A DNA stretch of 64,000 nt from Tubulanus polymorphus (taxonomy: Eukaryota > Animalia > Nemertea), in contig NC_134025.1 in assembly GCF_964204645.1 (NCBI RefSeq), positions 558,001 to 622,000 of the forward strand, written 5' to 3'. The notes beneath the pieces are model-generated. The model had not been told where the DNA came from. It saw nothing but the letters and a program-made list of their open reading frames with translations, and searched no databases. Position numbers and translations under genes: made by a program. This document shows, in pieces, positions 11,031-22,490 of this stretch. The first letter of the stretch is position 1. Each line of letters opens with the position of its first letter.

Positions 11031-12191
11031 TACCTGTATATAGAAATTTCAGTCCTCATATGAATATCATTTCATAAGTGGCTATCATCAAAATCTATTT
11101 ACCGGTCCACATGGCTGAACTTTTATCTTCACTAGTCTTAAACAGTGATGAACTAGTCCTACTACTGCAATTAATTTTTTGGGGTTTAAATCAGCAATTG
11201 ACTTCAATGAATTTTACTTTGTGAAAAACAGGGTGCCTTGTAATTTGAAATGACACGTAAATTATGATAAATCTGTCTAAATTGTTTTGCTTTCTTCACT
11301 TTGTTTCAGCCAAACTACATCTCGGAAAAATTGGCCTGAAGAAGACACTCACAAGTAGATGAATACTGATCGACCCATTTGCTGATGAAAACTGCAGAAG
11401 CCCAGATGAAAAGTTGAGGAACCAGCAACGGATTAATCACCCAATGATGGATTCTTCTACAATCGGTGGTTGATTTCTATAAAACATTAAATATCAGGAG
11501 CAGCAGAGACAATAGTGAATCTTATAAACACTGATTCAAGCGACAAAGCTAATGGATTATCTCATAAACACCGATTCACGTTAAACACTGTTTTAAAAGC
11601 AGCAAAGACAATAGTGTATCTTATTAGGAGCAGCATAGATAATAGTGCATGTTATAAACACTGAGATCCAGGAGCGGCGAAGACAATAGTGGATTTCTGT
11701 AGTAAAGTATTGATTTTTTTGCTTATCACCTTTTTCAAACCAGTCTGATGGAAAATATAGTGTTTTCGAGGAAACTATTTGATAATGTTTATGCAATGTG
11801 AGAGTCTAATAAAAGCTAAGCTCCATTAATGCACGATTTTGGTCTTCGATCCTTGGTCGATAGATAAGACAAGTTAGGTTTGTCACTAGGGGTAAATGGT
11901 CGTGTTGAGTGCCTAGTTTGGACTCGTAGGTCTGTTGAGTTTAACTCCTAAACTGAGATATAGTTTCAACATGAATTGTGAGTTTAATCTTCCAACTTAC
12001 CATAGTTAAACATAGTCAACTGTGGCTATTTGTCCGTGTAGATATCACATAGTTAGGAAACATAGAACATAACGTTAGACCAGTGTTGATGTACAAATAT
12101 TAACTATTTGCTGAATTGTAGATGTACAAATTTGATGGCATTGATATTTCCGAAGGTAACAAATTTGAAAAATTTGAAACGAATCGTAGAT

Positions 12192-13200
12192 GAATTCAAT
12201 ATTTCTAAGATCAAAAACTATTTATACGGTATGTAATACAGGTCCATAATATAAATGTCGTTAAACTGAAAATTTAAATATAGCTGATATATGTATGAGC
12301 ACATCTGAATCAGTCTCATCGACTGATCAGTATTTACATCTCCAACTGCCGTGCTTACGGCGACTGGTCATGGTCTTCAATATTGCCAAAATTTACCAAA
12401 ACCTGATTCAAATAATATCTAAAGCCATACTGTGTGCCAAGTTACGCATAATAGATATTGTTTAACTAACAATTAGAATCTAAGATGAATAACTCATTAA
12501 TGTATTACTATAAGATATATACGATTAAGGTAAATTCAATATGTTATGTAAAACAATTTTTATTAGGGTCCATGGACATTTAAAATGTAGCTGATACATG
12601 TGTATCTGAGCACATTTATTTATCTGTATCTAGTGAACCTATTGTGTCTTCATACAGCTGTATTAGTTTTGATACATATTGCCAAAATCATTTCGCGCAG
12701 ATTTACTTCCGATCGAAGGGAGATAAAACAAATCTGTACGTGCACAAATACATTCCTGAATTTGGAAGGGGGAATATTTCAATTTCACTGTGTATGTCAG
12801 ATTGAGAGCCTTATTCTGACAGGATATCCTTAACTTAGGTCTTATTCCTCTTGCTAATAGCTCTCTTTTACTAACCCCTCTCCTTCAAACTATTTTCTAG
12901 CATCATGTCTTGCACCGCACCAGGGAGGTCCGGTCATAACAAGGTCTTTCGATCCTTATACACAGTGTACTGTAAAAGGGAAATAAAGATTATATAGCAA
13001 TTCGGCTATAAGGGAATTTCTAATTTACCACTAAAAATGTGCTTTTATCTTAATTTCTGATGAATTCAAATAGTGATGAATTCACCACATCTGAAATTCT
13101 ACTCATGTAGATTTTCAGGCTCCATATAGATATTTTTCAACTGACAATTAAAATATAGCTAGTATGATTACTAATTAATGGTTCGCTTAGATACCTAGAA
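12192..13200 (+). repeat. ~1-kb direct duplication, copy 2
   Basis: Matches 6931-7900. Confidence 0.92.
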
Positions 13201-15248
13201 TTTAATTAAAATCAATTCAATATAATGAATATAAGTGAAACTTAATTCAAAATAGTGCAGTGGATGAGACTACTGTATCCCGCAATCTCATCTGCGTCTA
13301 ACTGGGCCACATGTGTGTGTGGGATCTGTTGAATCAGTTAGGTTTTGGGGAATTCTGGATTCGTCAAACCGGTATCAAAAGCTCTGATGCAAAATTAGCA
13401 GTTTGAATAATGCTTTTATGTTGAACTGTTTTTTTTTTTCAAATACAGTTCACCCATTGGTTAACGAAGAACTGATAACTCCTTGAATACAAAGCAAAGT
13501 TTGCAAAATTTCAGTTTTCTTGTAAAAATAATGTAATGAAATGAAATTAGAGATTGATTATTTGAATTAATTTGTGGTTTTATGTCAAGCTTTAATGTTT
13601 ATATGCTGCAGTTTTTTGTATAAACAGAATATCTTAAATCTCTTACATTGTCATTTGAATAGTTGATATGATTGAATGCTTCATATTTCATGAAATAATC
13701 AGGTGTCACTTATGCCCGGTGACATCTTGAAATGTCAAATTAATAGTCTTAGCCTTTCAGACTAGTCCTAATTGTCGGTGTTTTATGGATCAAAGTTTAC
13801 AATTCTTTGTGTAATTTTGTTATTTTCCTATTGATTCAAATTGTATGAATCAGTTGCAGTTGAAATTTGAATAAAAACCTTGAAATACTTTGCATGGTAT
13901 GTGATATTAAAAGCTAGTAATTTTATTATTGAATAATCTAAGTCATTATTATAAGGCTAAAAATGATACCTTGTTTTTCCTGATCGGCCGGGTCATTTCA
14001 TAAATCAATGAAATTTGTAATCAGTTAATTTCTATCTGCTGGGTCTGTTATGGTTAGCTTGATCATGATCTTAAAGTAATACCCTGGTAGATAGGCTGCT
14101 GGCCGGGTCAAATTTTAAAGAGTAAAAATGTAAATCAGATTGATTCATTAAATCTTACGCTTTCCAGAGTATTTGGCCAGGTTTATCTCTGGTTTTAGTG
14201 CGGGAAGCCATGGACTCGAAAGTTCATGGTTGTGGGCCATAGACATTTCTGATTTAGAGTCTATGGTTGGACCATGGATGTATAAACTCCAGTTTATAGT
14301 TTATACGTCCATGGTTGGACTGTTTTTGAAATACAGTCCATGTGTTTGAGGAGCTTACGTTATTATTCCTCGAGCACAAACCTGGCATTTTCTATAATTG
14401 TTACACTGTATGAGAATAAATATGATTGAAATTCTTTATCTGTTTAGCTACTCTGTCTGAACTTTGTTAGTTCACCAGTCAGTGGTTTTTTGTTATCTTG
14501 CAATCCACTTCTTTTTTCAACCCAATATTCCCACCAACATTGTGCGGAGACGAGGATGTCCGGAAAACATGATAATCGAATATTGGCAATACAGCTTACC
14601 ACTTCAACCCGGACACACTAACACTAGTTGATCGGTTATGAGCGAGTGTTGAGCTGCCGAAGAGTAATTACGAAATTAGCAATCTTTATGATTGTCACTA
14701 TAGCCATCAGGGGCGGATCCAGACCGTATTGCCCAATACATTGTACGGTATAATATTTAAGTAATTCGGCAATATTTTGTGACGGCATATATATTTCACC
14801 TCCCGCTAATTTGATATTTCCACTGATGATCGGTTTAATTTTTATATACAGAAGCAGAGTCCTGAATAGTAAACTTTGCCTTTAAAAGTGGCACCCAGTT
14901 TCCTTCTTTTAGTGTTAACATTACATGAGATATGTGTTTCTCTTGTAAAAATCATTGTTTTTATTTTCTTCATGCTTTCGGTAAATGTAGCCGATGACCT
15001 CCTGATCGTCTCTAAGGTTCGAACCCAGTAATTACTGATACTGATTCAGAGTGGCCCTGATGCTGAATGGAGGATGTACCGGGATGTCCCGGGTTCGAAC
15101 CAAGTTATATTACTGATGCTGATTCAGAGTGGTCCTGATGCTGAATAGAGGATGTACAGGGTTGTCCCAAGTTCGAACCCAGTTATATTACTGATGCTGA
15201 TTCAGAGTGGTCCTGATGCTGAATAAAGGATGTACAGGGGTGTCCTGG

Positions 15249-15424
15249 CCGTACGGTGCTGCCGCTATGCTCATCGTTAGCGGGATTTTCATACACTAAC
15301 GTTAGTCAACTCTGGCAATCGACGTGCTGTCCAGTTATACTCCGTGACCTTAGCTTGCCAGAGTTGACTAACGTTAGTGTATAAAAATACCGCTAACGAT
15401 GAGCATAGAGGCAGCACCGTACGG
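15249..15424. mobile_element. ~175-bp hairpin MITE-like element with ~70-bp TIRs; copies also at 15735-15910, 16221-16386, 18573-18748, 19210-19385
   Basis: ccgtacggtgctgccgctatgctcatcgttagcgg...ctggcaa pairs with ttgccag...ccgctaacgatgagcatagaggcagcaccgtacgg; amplified as part of a ~480-bp higher-order unit. Confidence 0.75.
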
Positions 15425-16923
15425 TAAAATGTTGATATCTTAACAAAAGTAATTACTGATAACTGATTCAGAGCGGCCGTACTGATGCTGAATTGAGGGT
15501 GTACAGGGATGTCCCGGGTTAGAACCCAGTAATTACTGATACTGATTCAGAGTGGTCCTGAATACTGAATTGAGGATGTACAGGGGTGTCCTGGGTAGAA
15601 CCCAGTAATTACTGATACTGATTCAGAGTGGTCCTGATGCTGAATAGAGGATGTACAGGGGTGTCCCGGGTACAAACCCATGAGTGGTCCAAGTTGTCCT
15701 GATGCTGAATAAAGGATGTACAGGGGTGTCCTGACCGTACGGTGCTGCCGCTATGCTCATCGTTAGCGGGATTTTCATACACTAACTAAAGTCAACCCTG
15801 GCAATCGACGTGCTGTCCAGTTATACTCCGTGACCTTAGCTTGCCAGAGTTGACTAACGTTAGTGTATAAAAATCCCGCTAACGATGAGCATAGAGGCAG
15901 CACCGTACGGTAAAATGTTGAAATCTTAACAAAAGTAATTACTGATAACTGATTCAGAGCGGCCGTACTGATGCTGAATAGACGATGTATGGGGATGTCC
16001 CGGGTTCGAACCCAGTAATTACTGATACTGATTCAGAGTGGTCCTGAATACTGAATTGAGGATGTACAGGGATGCCCTGGGTAGAACCCAGCAATTACTG
16101 ATACTGATTCAGAGTGGTCCTGATGCTGAATAGAGGATGTACAGGGGTGTCCCGGGTACAAACCCATGAGTGGTCCAAGTTGTCCTGATGCTGAATAAAG
16201 GATGATCAGGGGTGTCCTGGCCGTACGGTGCTGCCGCTATGTTCATCGTTAGCGGGATTTTCATACACTAACTCTGGCAATCGATGTGCTGTCCAGTTAT
16301 ACTCCGTGACCTTAGCTTGCCAGAGTTGACTAACGTTAGTGTATAAAAATCCCGCTAACGATGAGCATAGAGGCAGCACCGTACGGTAAAATGTTGATAT
16401 CTTAACAAAAGTAATTACTGATAACTGATTCAGAGCGGCCGTACTGATGCTGAATAGAGGATGTATGGGGATGTCCCGGGTTCGAACCCAGTAATTACTG
16501 ATACTGATTCAGAGTGGCCCTGATGCTGAATGGAGGATGTACAGGGGTGTCCCGGGTTCAAACCCAGAAATTACTGATACTGATTCAGAGTGGTACTGAT
16601 GCTGAATAGAGGATGTACAGGGGTATCCCGGGTTCAAACCCAGAAATTACTGATACTGATTCAGAGTGGTACTGATGCTGAATAGAGGATTTACGGGGTA
16701 TCCTGGGTTCAAACCCATCAATTGCTGTGATTCAGAGTGGTACTGATGGATAAAGGATGAACAGGGATGTCCTGGGTTAGAACCCAGTAATTACTGATAC
16801 TGATTCAGAGTGGTCCTGATGCTGTTTAGAGGATGTACAGGGATGTCCTGGGTTAGAACCCAGTAATTACTGATACTGATTCTGAGTGGTCCTGATACTG
16901 TATAGAAGATGTACAGAGGTGTC

Positions 16924-18258
16924 CGACGAGAACATCTTACGTGATCGCCATCTATTGGAATTTGGCTGAACTGACTAAATAGCTCTTACTGGTCTCACTG
17001 ACTCTTCTTTAATCTGTTAAAATCACACTCGCCATCTGGTGGATATAACCATCATTAGACTGTAGTAGCGTAGAAGTCCATCAGATGGCGAGTGTGATTT
17101 TAACAGATAAGCAAAAAAATTTCTCTATGATAAAGCTATGAAAGCTATGTATTCTATTATTCAAAAGGGCAGACGTTTGAAACTTCCAGTAGATGTAATG
17201 TTTAAACTATTTGACATGTGCGTCGCTCCTATCGCGTTGTACGGTTGCGAAATCTGGGGATATGAAAACCTTGACTTATTAGAAAACCTCCACTGTTTAT
17301 TTTGTAAAATTATCATGAAAGTTACAAAATATTCCCATAACCTTCAAGTATTAGCGGAGTTAGGACGTTATCCTATGTATATAAGCGTAAAGCGTAGAAT
17401 GATTAATTTTTGGGTCAAAACGATAGAGTGCAAACAAAGTAAACTTAGTTCAATTCTCTATAAGATATCTTATAATTTATATCTGAATGATAGGTTTAAG
17501 AGCCCCTGGCTGTTATTTATTAAGAAGACTTTTGATGACTGTGGCCTTTCGTATATATGGACACAACAATCTATGGTAAACTCTAGGACTTCTCCAAAAC
17601 AATTACACCGTTTACTCCGTGATCAGCATGTGCAAGAGACAGAATTTAGGCTAAATAATAACCCGTTATACATTAATTTTAGACAATATAAGAAGGATAT
17701 CAAATTTGAAAACTATATAAATCGGCTTGATGATGACTTAGTGACCAGCTTATTCCAGTTCAGGATTGGGTCTTATCTCCTACCTGTAAATAAATTGTCA
17801 AATCTCCATCTACCGAGAACCGATAGATTATGCCCCACCTGTAACGTTTTAGGCGACGAACTACATTTCATTTTTGACTGTAAATTACTTACCGTATTCC
17901 GTGAAAGCTACCTAAATTCAAATACCTTTCGGAATCTTGATGTTTTAAAAAATCCAACTTTTAAACTTGCTAAATTTATCAAATTAGGTCTGGATGTATA
18001 TAGATCCCTCCGGTAGTGTGTGTAAATAGTATGTTGTATATAACGTTTGTTATGTTTCAAAGTGCTTTTATCTACTGTTTTTGTAAATAATTGTAAATAC
18101 TGTTTCTTTTCCTCCATATACCATGGAAATGGTTGGAGTGTAATAAATATTCGTATTCGTATTCGATAAAAGAAGAGTTAGTGAGACAAGTAAGAGCTAT
18201 TTAATCAGTTCAGCCAAATTCCAATAGATGGCGATCACGTTAGATGTTCTCGTCGGAT
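16924..18258. mobile_element. Central foldback/MITE-like element (~120-bp arms) split by a LINE insertion
   Basis: 16924-17043 is the reverse complement of 17077-17110 plus 18170-18258; contains two cgccatct(a/g)ntgg motifs. Confidence 0.65.
17111..18165 (+). mobile_element. 5'-truncated non-LTR retrotransposon (RTEX/RTE-group-like), C-terminal ORF fragment 17138-18016
   Basis: Uninterrupted 292-aa frame with LYGCEIWG, AELGRYP, SPWL..IK..FD.CGLSYIW, FRIGS..LPV and the zinc-knuckle-like RLCPTCNVLGDELHFIFDC. 3' AATAAA, (TATTCG)3 tail, and GATAA target-site duplication at 17106-17110 / 18165-18169. Clade assignment is from motif recall only. Confidence 0.88.
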
Positions 18259-19620
18259 ACCCCTGTACATCCTCTATTCAGGATCAGTACCACTCTGAAT
18301 CAGTATCAGTAATTTCTGGGTTTGAACCCGGGACACCCCTGTACATCCTCTATTCAGCATCAGGACCACTCTGAATCAGTATCAGTAATTACTTGATTCG
18401 AACCCGGGACACCCCGGTACATCCTCCATTCAGCATCAGGGCCACTCTGAATCAGTATCAGTAATTACTGGGTTCGAACCCGGGACATCCCCATACATCC
18501 TCTATTCAGCATCAGTACGGCCGCTCTGAATCAGTTATCAGTAATTACTTTTGTTAAGATTTCAACATTTTACCGTACGGTGCTGCCTCTATGCTCATCG
18601 TTAGCGGGATTTTTATACACTAACGTTAGTCAACTCTGGCAAGCTAAGGTCACGGAGTATAACTGGACAGCACGTTGATTGCCAGGGTTGACTTTAGTTA
18701 GTGTATGAAAATCCCGCTAACGATGAGCATAGCGGCAGCACCGTACGGTCAGGACACCCCTGTACATCCTTTATTCAGCATCAGGACAACTTGGACCACT
18801 CATGGGTTTGTACCCGGGACACCCCTGTACATCCTCTATTCAGCATCAGGACCACTCTGAATCAGTATCAGTAATTGCTGGGTTCTACCCAGGGCATCCC
18901 TGTACATCCTCGATTCAGTATTCAGGACCACTCTGAATCAGTATCAGTAATTACTGGGTTCTAACCCGGGACATCCCCGTACATCGTCTATTCAGCATCA
19001 GGACCTCTCTGAATCAGTGTCAGTAATTACTGGATTCTACCCATGACATCCCTGTACATCCTCAATTCAGCATCAGGACCTCTCTGAATCAGTATCAGTA
19101 ATTACTGGGTTCTAACACGGGACATCCCCGTACATCCTCTATTCAGCATCAGTACGGCCGCTCTGAATCAGTTATCAGTAATTACTTTTGTTAAGATATC
19201 AACATTTTACCGTACGGTGCTGCCTCTATGCTCATCGTTAGCGGTATTTTTATACACTAACGTTAGTCAACTCTGGCAAGCTAAGGTCACACAGTATAAC
19301 TGGACAGCACGTCGATTGCCAGGGTTGACTTTAGTTAGTGTATGAAAATACCGCTAACGATGAGCATAGCGGCAGCACCGTACGGTCAGGACACCCCTGT
19401 ACATCCTTTATTCAGCATCAGGACAACTTGAACCACTCATGGGTTTGTACCCGGGACACCCCTGTACATCCTCTATTCAGCATCAGGCCCACTCTCAAAC
19501 ATTGTCAGTAATTACTAGATTCGAAACCAGGACACCTGTGTTTAGGGTCAAACTCACATCTATAGGTCATTAATCAAACAATGAAAACATGTGAATATGT
19601 GATTATACAACACAGACAGG

Positions 19621-19626
19621 TTTATT
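19621..19626 (-). terminator. Candidate poly(A) signal of the SASH1-like gene (implies ~2.3-kb 3' UTR)
   Basis: tttatt on plus = AATAAA on minus, followed on minus by GT-rich sequence (ctgtctgtgttgt). Confidence 0.4.
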
Positions 19627-21890
19627 TTTAATAAAGGTTCTTGTTTATCTATACAGCAGCCATTTACAACGAGGACATATCTCTATCAATCCTGATCACT
19701 TGAAAAAATCAAAATGGTAAAACATTTACTCAGATTTCAAAGTAATTAATACTTATCCATATTTAAGTAAAATAACACAAGATCTGGTTTCAGTTTGATT
19801 GAATACATGAAAAGTGTAAAAATACTATAAAAATAAAGGCTCCCAGACTCTGTCTAAGTAATGTCTTCAACCATGAATACATTGAGAATGGGTGAGGGAC
19901 AAATACAGTATCATTGTATGGATGAGGGGGAGTTGGGGACAGTAAACAAGGCTTTCAAACTAAATACATTGTGCTTGAACTAAATAACAATTCAGTGAAT
20001 TGTTACATAATAGAAAAACTTGCATAAATATCTGAAACCAGTTCCACAGTAAGTAACTTTACAGTGAAATGAGTTCATCAGTGAAAATCTTTACTTACAA
20101 GTGTGGAACTGATTCCTGATGACTACATCACCACAGAACACAAATACATTTTCTTGATATCGAATCTTTGCAAACATTTATCTGACCTTTTTGACCTCTG
20201 TGTATATAGATATTTATGTTTATATGGCACTTAGACTTTGAAATAAAAAACTTTTTTTATCTGGATTTACACAAATAACTTCTTGTTTTGTCATCATTTT
20301 ATATTAAACATGTACTTTTTTACATTTTAGATATCTATATATTTATGTAGAGACTAGTTGTGTAGCTATTTACAGTAAGCATGAATACCAAATATTGGTT
20401 ATTATCGATGATAAGCAGTAGAAGTAAAAATCAATAGAGTAGAGACTGATGCTGCCCTTCTTCATATTAGCATCAAATTATATATCTCAATATAGGTTTA
20501 GATAGATTACGACATTAGGGTTAAACTGTAGGGGAAGCAAGGATACGGACAATAATCCTCAATTTCATTTTTGGATCAAATCAAAATCTATCCTTAATTT
20601 CTCAAATTCTACAAATGATGAGTAAAAATTGCACTATATACGAACCCTATAGATTAATCCGAGTTTATCAACAGATAATTTGCCTAATTGACAAAAAATC
20701 TACATGAAAGTTGATGGAAAATGAATTAAACTTCGATTGAATTGTCCCATTGATACACACGCACAGTTTTAACCATTTTACAAAGGAAGAAGTGGCCAAT
20801 CTGTAGGTTGTATACTGTTATGACCTCTTAAGTCTCCATAAGAAATCTACGATTTTGCTCCACATAAATCCGAACAAGCCATCTCAACAGAATTGAGGTT
20901 TAGGATGCTCCAGCAGTCATGTGACCAGTAGATGAGTACAATAGGAGACCATCATCTGATAGGAGACTATACCACATGGATGACCCCAGCCCCACTACCC
21001 ATCGAAGGGTATATACTTAATGAATGACCCCTTACAGAGAATTTTGGCAAATACAATACGATATACAAATTTATCAGACTTGAGGAAAAAACAAATTAAT
21101 AAATTGATGAACCTATAATAAACAGTTATTTGAATCTATGTATATGCGACATCAGAAAAAAATGCATAAAAATCCTGGAAGACAAAATACTATAAAAAAT
21201 TATTCTATATAAGATAAAATAATCGCAATGAAAATGAAGGAAGAATTCACCATCAAATAAAATATTGGCTGGAAGAATGTTCTGAATAGTCTGTCAAAAA
21301 CACCTTATACACACACACACATACACATATATATATGTGTATTGTAATTCTAACAACTTGTGATCCTTAAACATTTTATACAATTTACACATAAGAATCT
21401 TTGGAGATTTCGCACACATTTGAAATACCTAAAACCTTTTGTTAAAATTCCCCAGACCAGGTTGAAACCCTAGATTATCAATGTTAGAATGAAAAGCCAT
21501 GGAAAATAATTGTCAAATATAAAATAAATTGTAGGAAGATGGATTAAAACTTTCAGTGTCATAAAACTTCTTCCCAGACACCACTATGAGTTATCTCGTA
21601 GTTCGAAATAGAGCCAGTACAGCCGTTGCAAATACGTAACCATGGATAAGAGGTATTAACTATGAGATAACTTGTAACAATGGCAGAACTGGAACTACGA
21701 ATACACTCCTGTAGTGGAAGCAAACATGAATGGGCCCAGTCTCACAGTCAAGACTTAAGTCCAAAACCAGTTTATTCCGCTACAAACTCTAAATACTTTC
21801 CAACTGTTCAAAAAAGTGTGGGTAACAGTTTGCACATGATCAGTGAGTACGTTAGTCTATTGAAATGCTTGCTGTAACGAGATTGAAATA

Positions 21891-22166
21891 TCATACTTTA
21901 TCTCGGATATCTGATATATCATAGTGAAATCTCAATAATTCACAAACACTCATCAATTTACGAATATGACTCAAATCTTTGATTCCGCATTGTTTGAAAT
22001 CGGTGTCTTGAAGGATTCTGAATTCGTCGACCGTTAAACATCCGACAGTCTCTAAATTACTACCATACATCGGTAGTCCAATATGCGTTAATAGATCCTT
22101 AATACCGCTGAACTTTCCTTCCATTATAGACTTATTTGCATAGAGTGTCAAACTTTCATTCGGAAC
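21891..22166 (-). CDS. SASH1: SASH1-like terminal exon (C-terminal SAM domain)
   Basis: ttttag acceptor; GIKDLLTHIGLPMYGSNLETVG...CGIKDLSHIRKLMS resembles SASH1 SAM2 (IGLPMY...GI....HIRKL); TGA stop. Confidence 0.9.
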   Translation of the reverse strand, partial: VPNESLTLYANKSIMEGKFSGIKDLLTHIGLPMYGSNLETVGCLTVDEFRILQDTDFKQCGIKDLSHIRKLMSVCELLRFHYDISDIRDKV

Positions 22167-22369
22167 CTAAAATTAGAAACACAGAAATTCAGAACGACCG
22201 TTAATGATAACAGTTCTAATAGTTATAGTATTATACAGCGCCCCCTATCCACTGCGGTACAATGTTCAAAGGCGCTCCACTAAATCACTATCATTATTAT
22301 AACTCTAACCATGAATCAGTCTTCTCTAACTGAGGAGATGTAACATCTTATCAGCTGCTAGGGAGTTAT

Positions 22370-22490
22370 GTCTAAGATCAGGTACCCATTTACTCCTGGA
22401 TGGAGAGAGGTATTGAGGATGAGGACACTAGGTTAATATTTGGGGTTTGAACCCATGACCCATACAGCTTCACAGTTCTACGTGTAATCA
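22370..22490 (-). mobile_element. Degenerate tRNA-derived SINE relic
   Basis: Minus strand has B-box-like gggttcaaaccc followed by gtgtcct...ctctctccatccaggagtaaatgggtacctg, a conserved-domain motif typical of invertebrate SINEs. Confidence 0.5.

Larger units (their letters stand above)
4620..14430 (+). ncRNA. Putative long spliced, highly structured non-coding RNA locus (boundaries approximate)
   Basis: No credible long ORF. Strong plus-strand acceptors at 4860, 5710, 5877, 8585, eight in 9261-10874, and 11309, with GTAAG/GTAAC donors. Many hairpins pair through G:U only on the plus strand. AATAAA at 14415 is followed by U/GU-rich sequence. Confidence 0.55.
15016..19535. repeat. Large imperfect palindrome (foldback) of a ~77-bp satellite with embedded hairpin MITEs
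   Basis: Left arm 15016-17043 has unit gggttcgaacccagtaattactgatactgattcagagtggtcctgatgctgaatagaggatgtacaggggtgtccc. Right arm 17077-17110 plus 18165-19535 carries the reverse complement. Apex loop 17044-17076. Confidence 0.92.

Noticed and set aside
20039-20112. Hairpin in the SASH1 3' UTR (cagttccaca...tgtggaactg)
   Set aside because: No SECIS or miRNA features; likely a MITE remnant.
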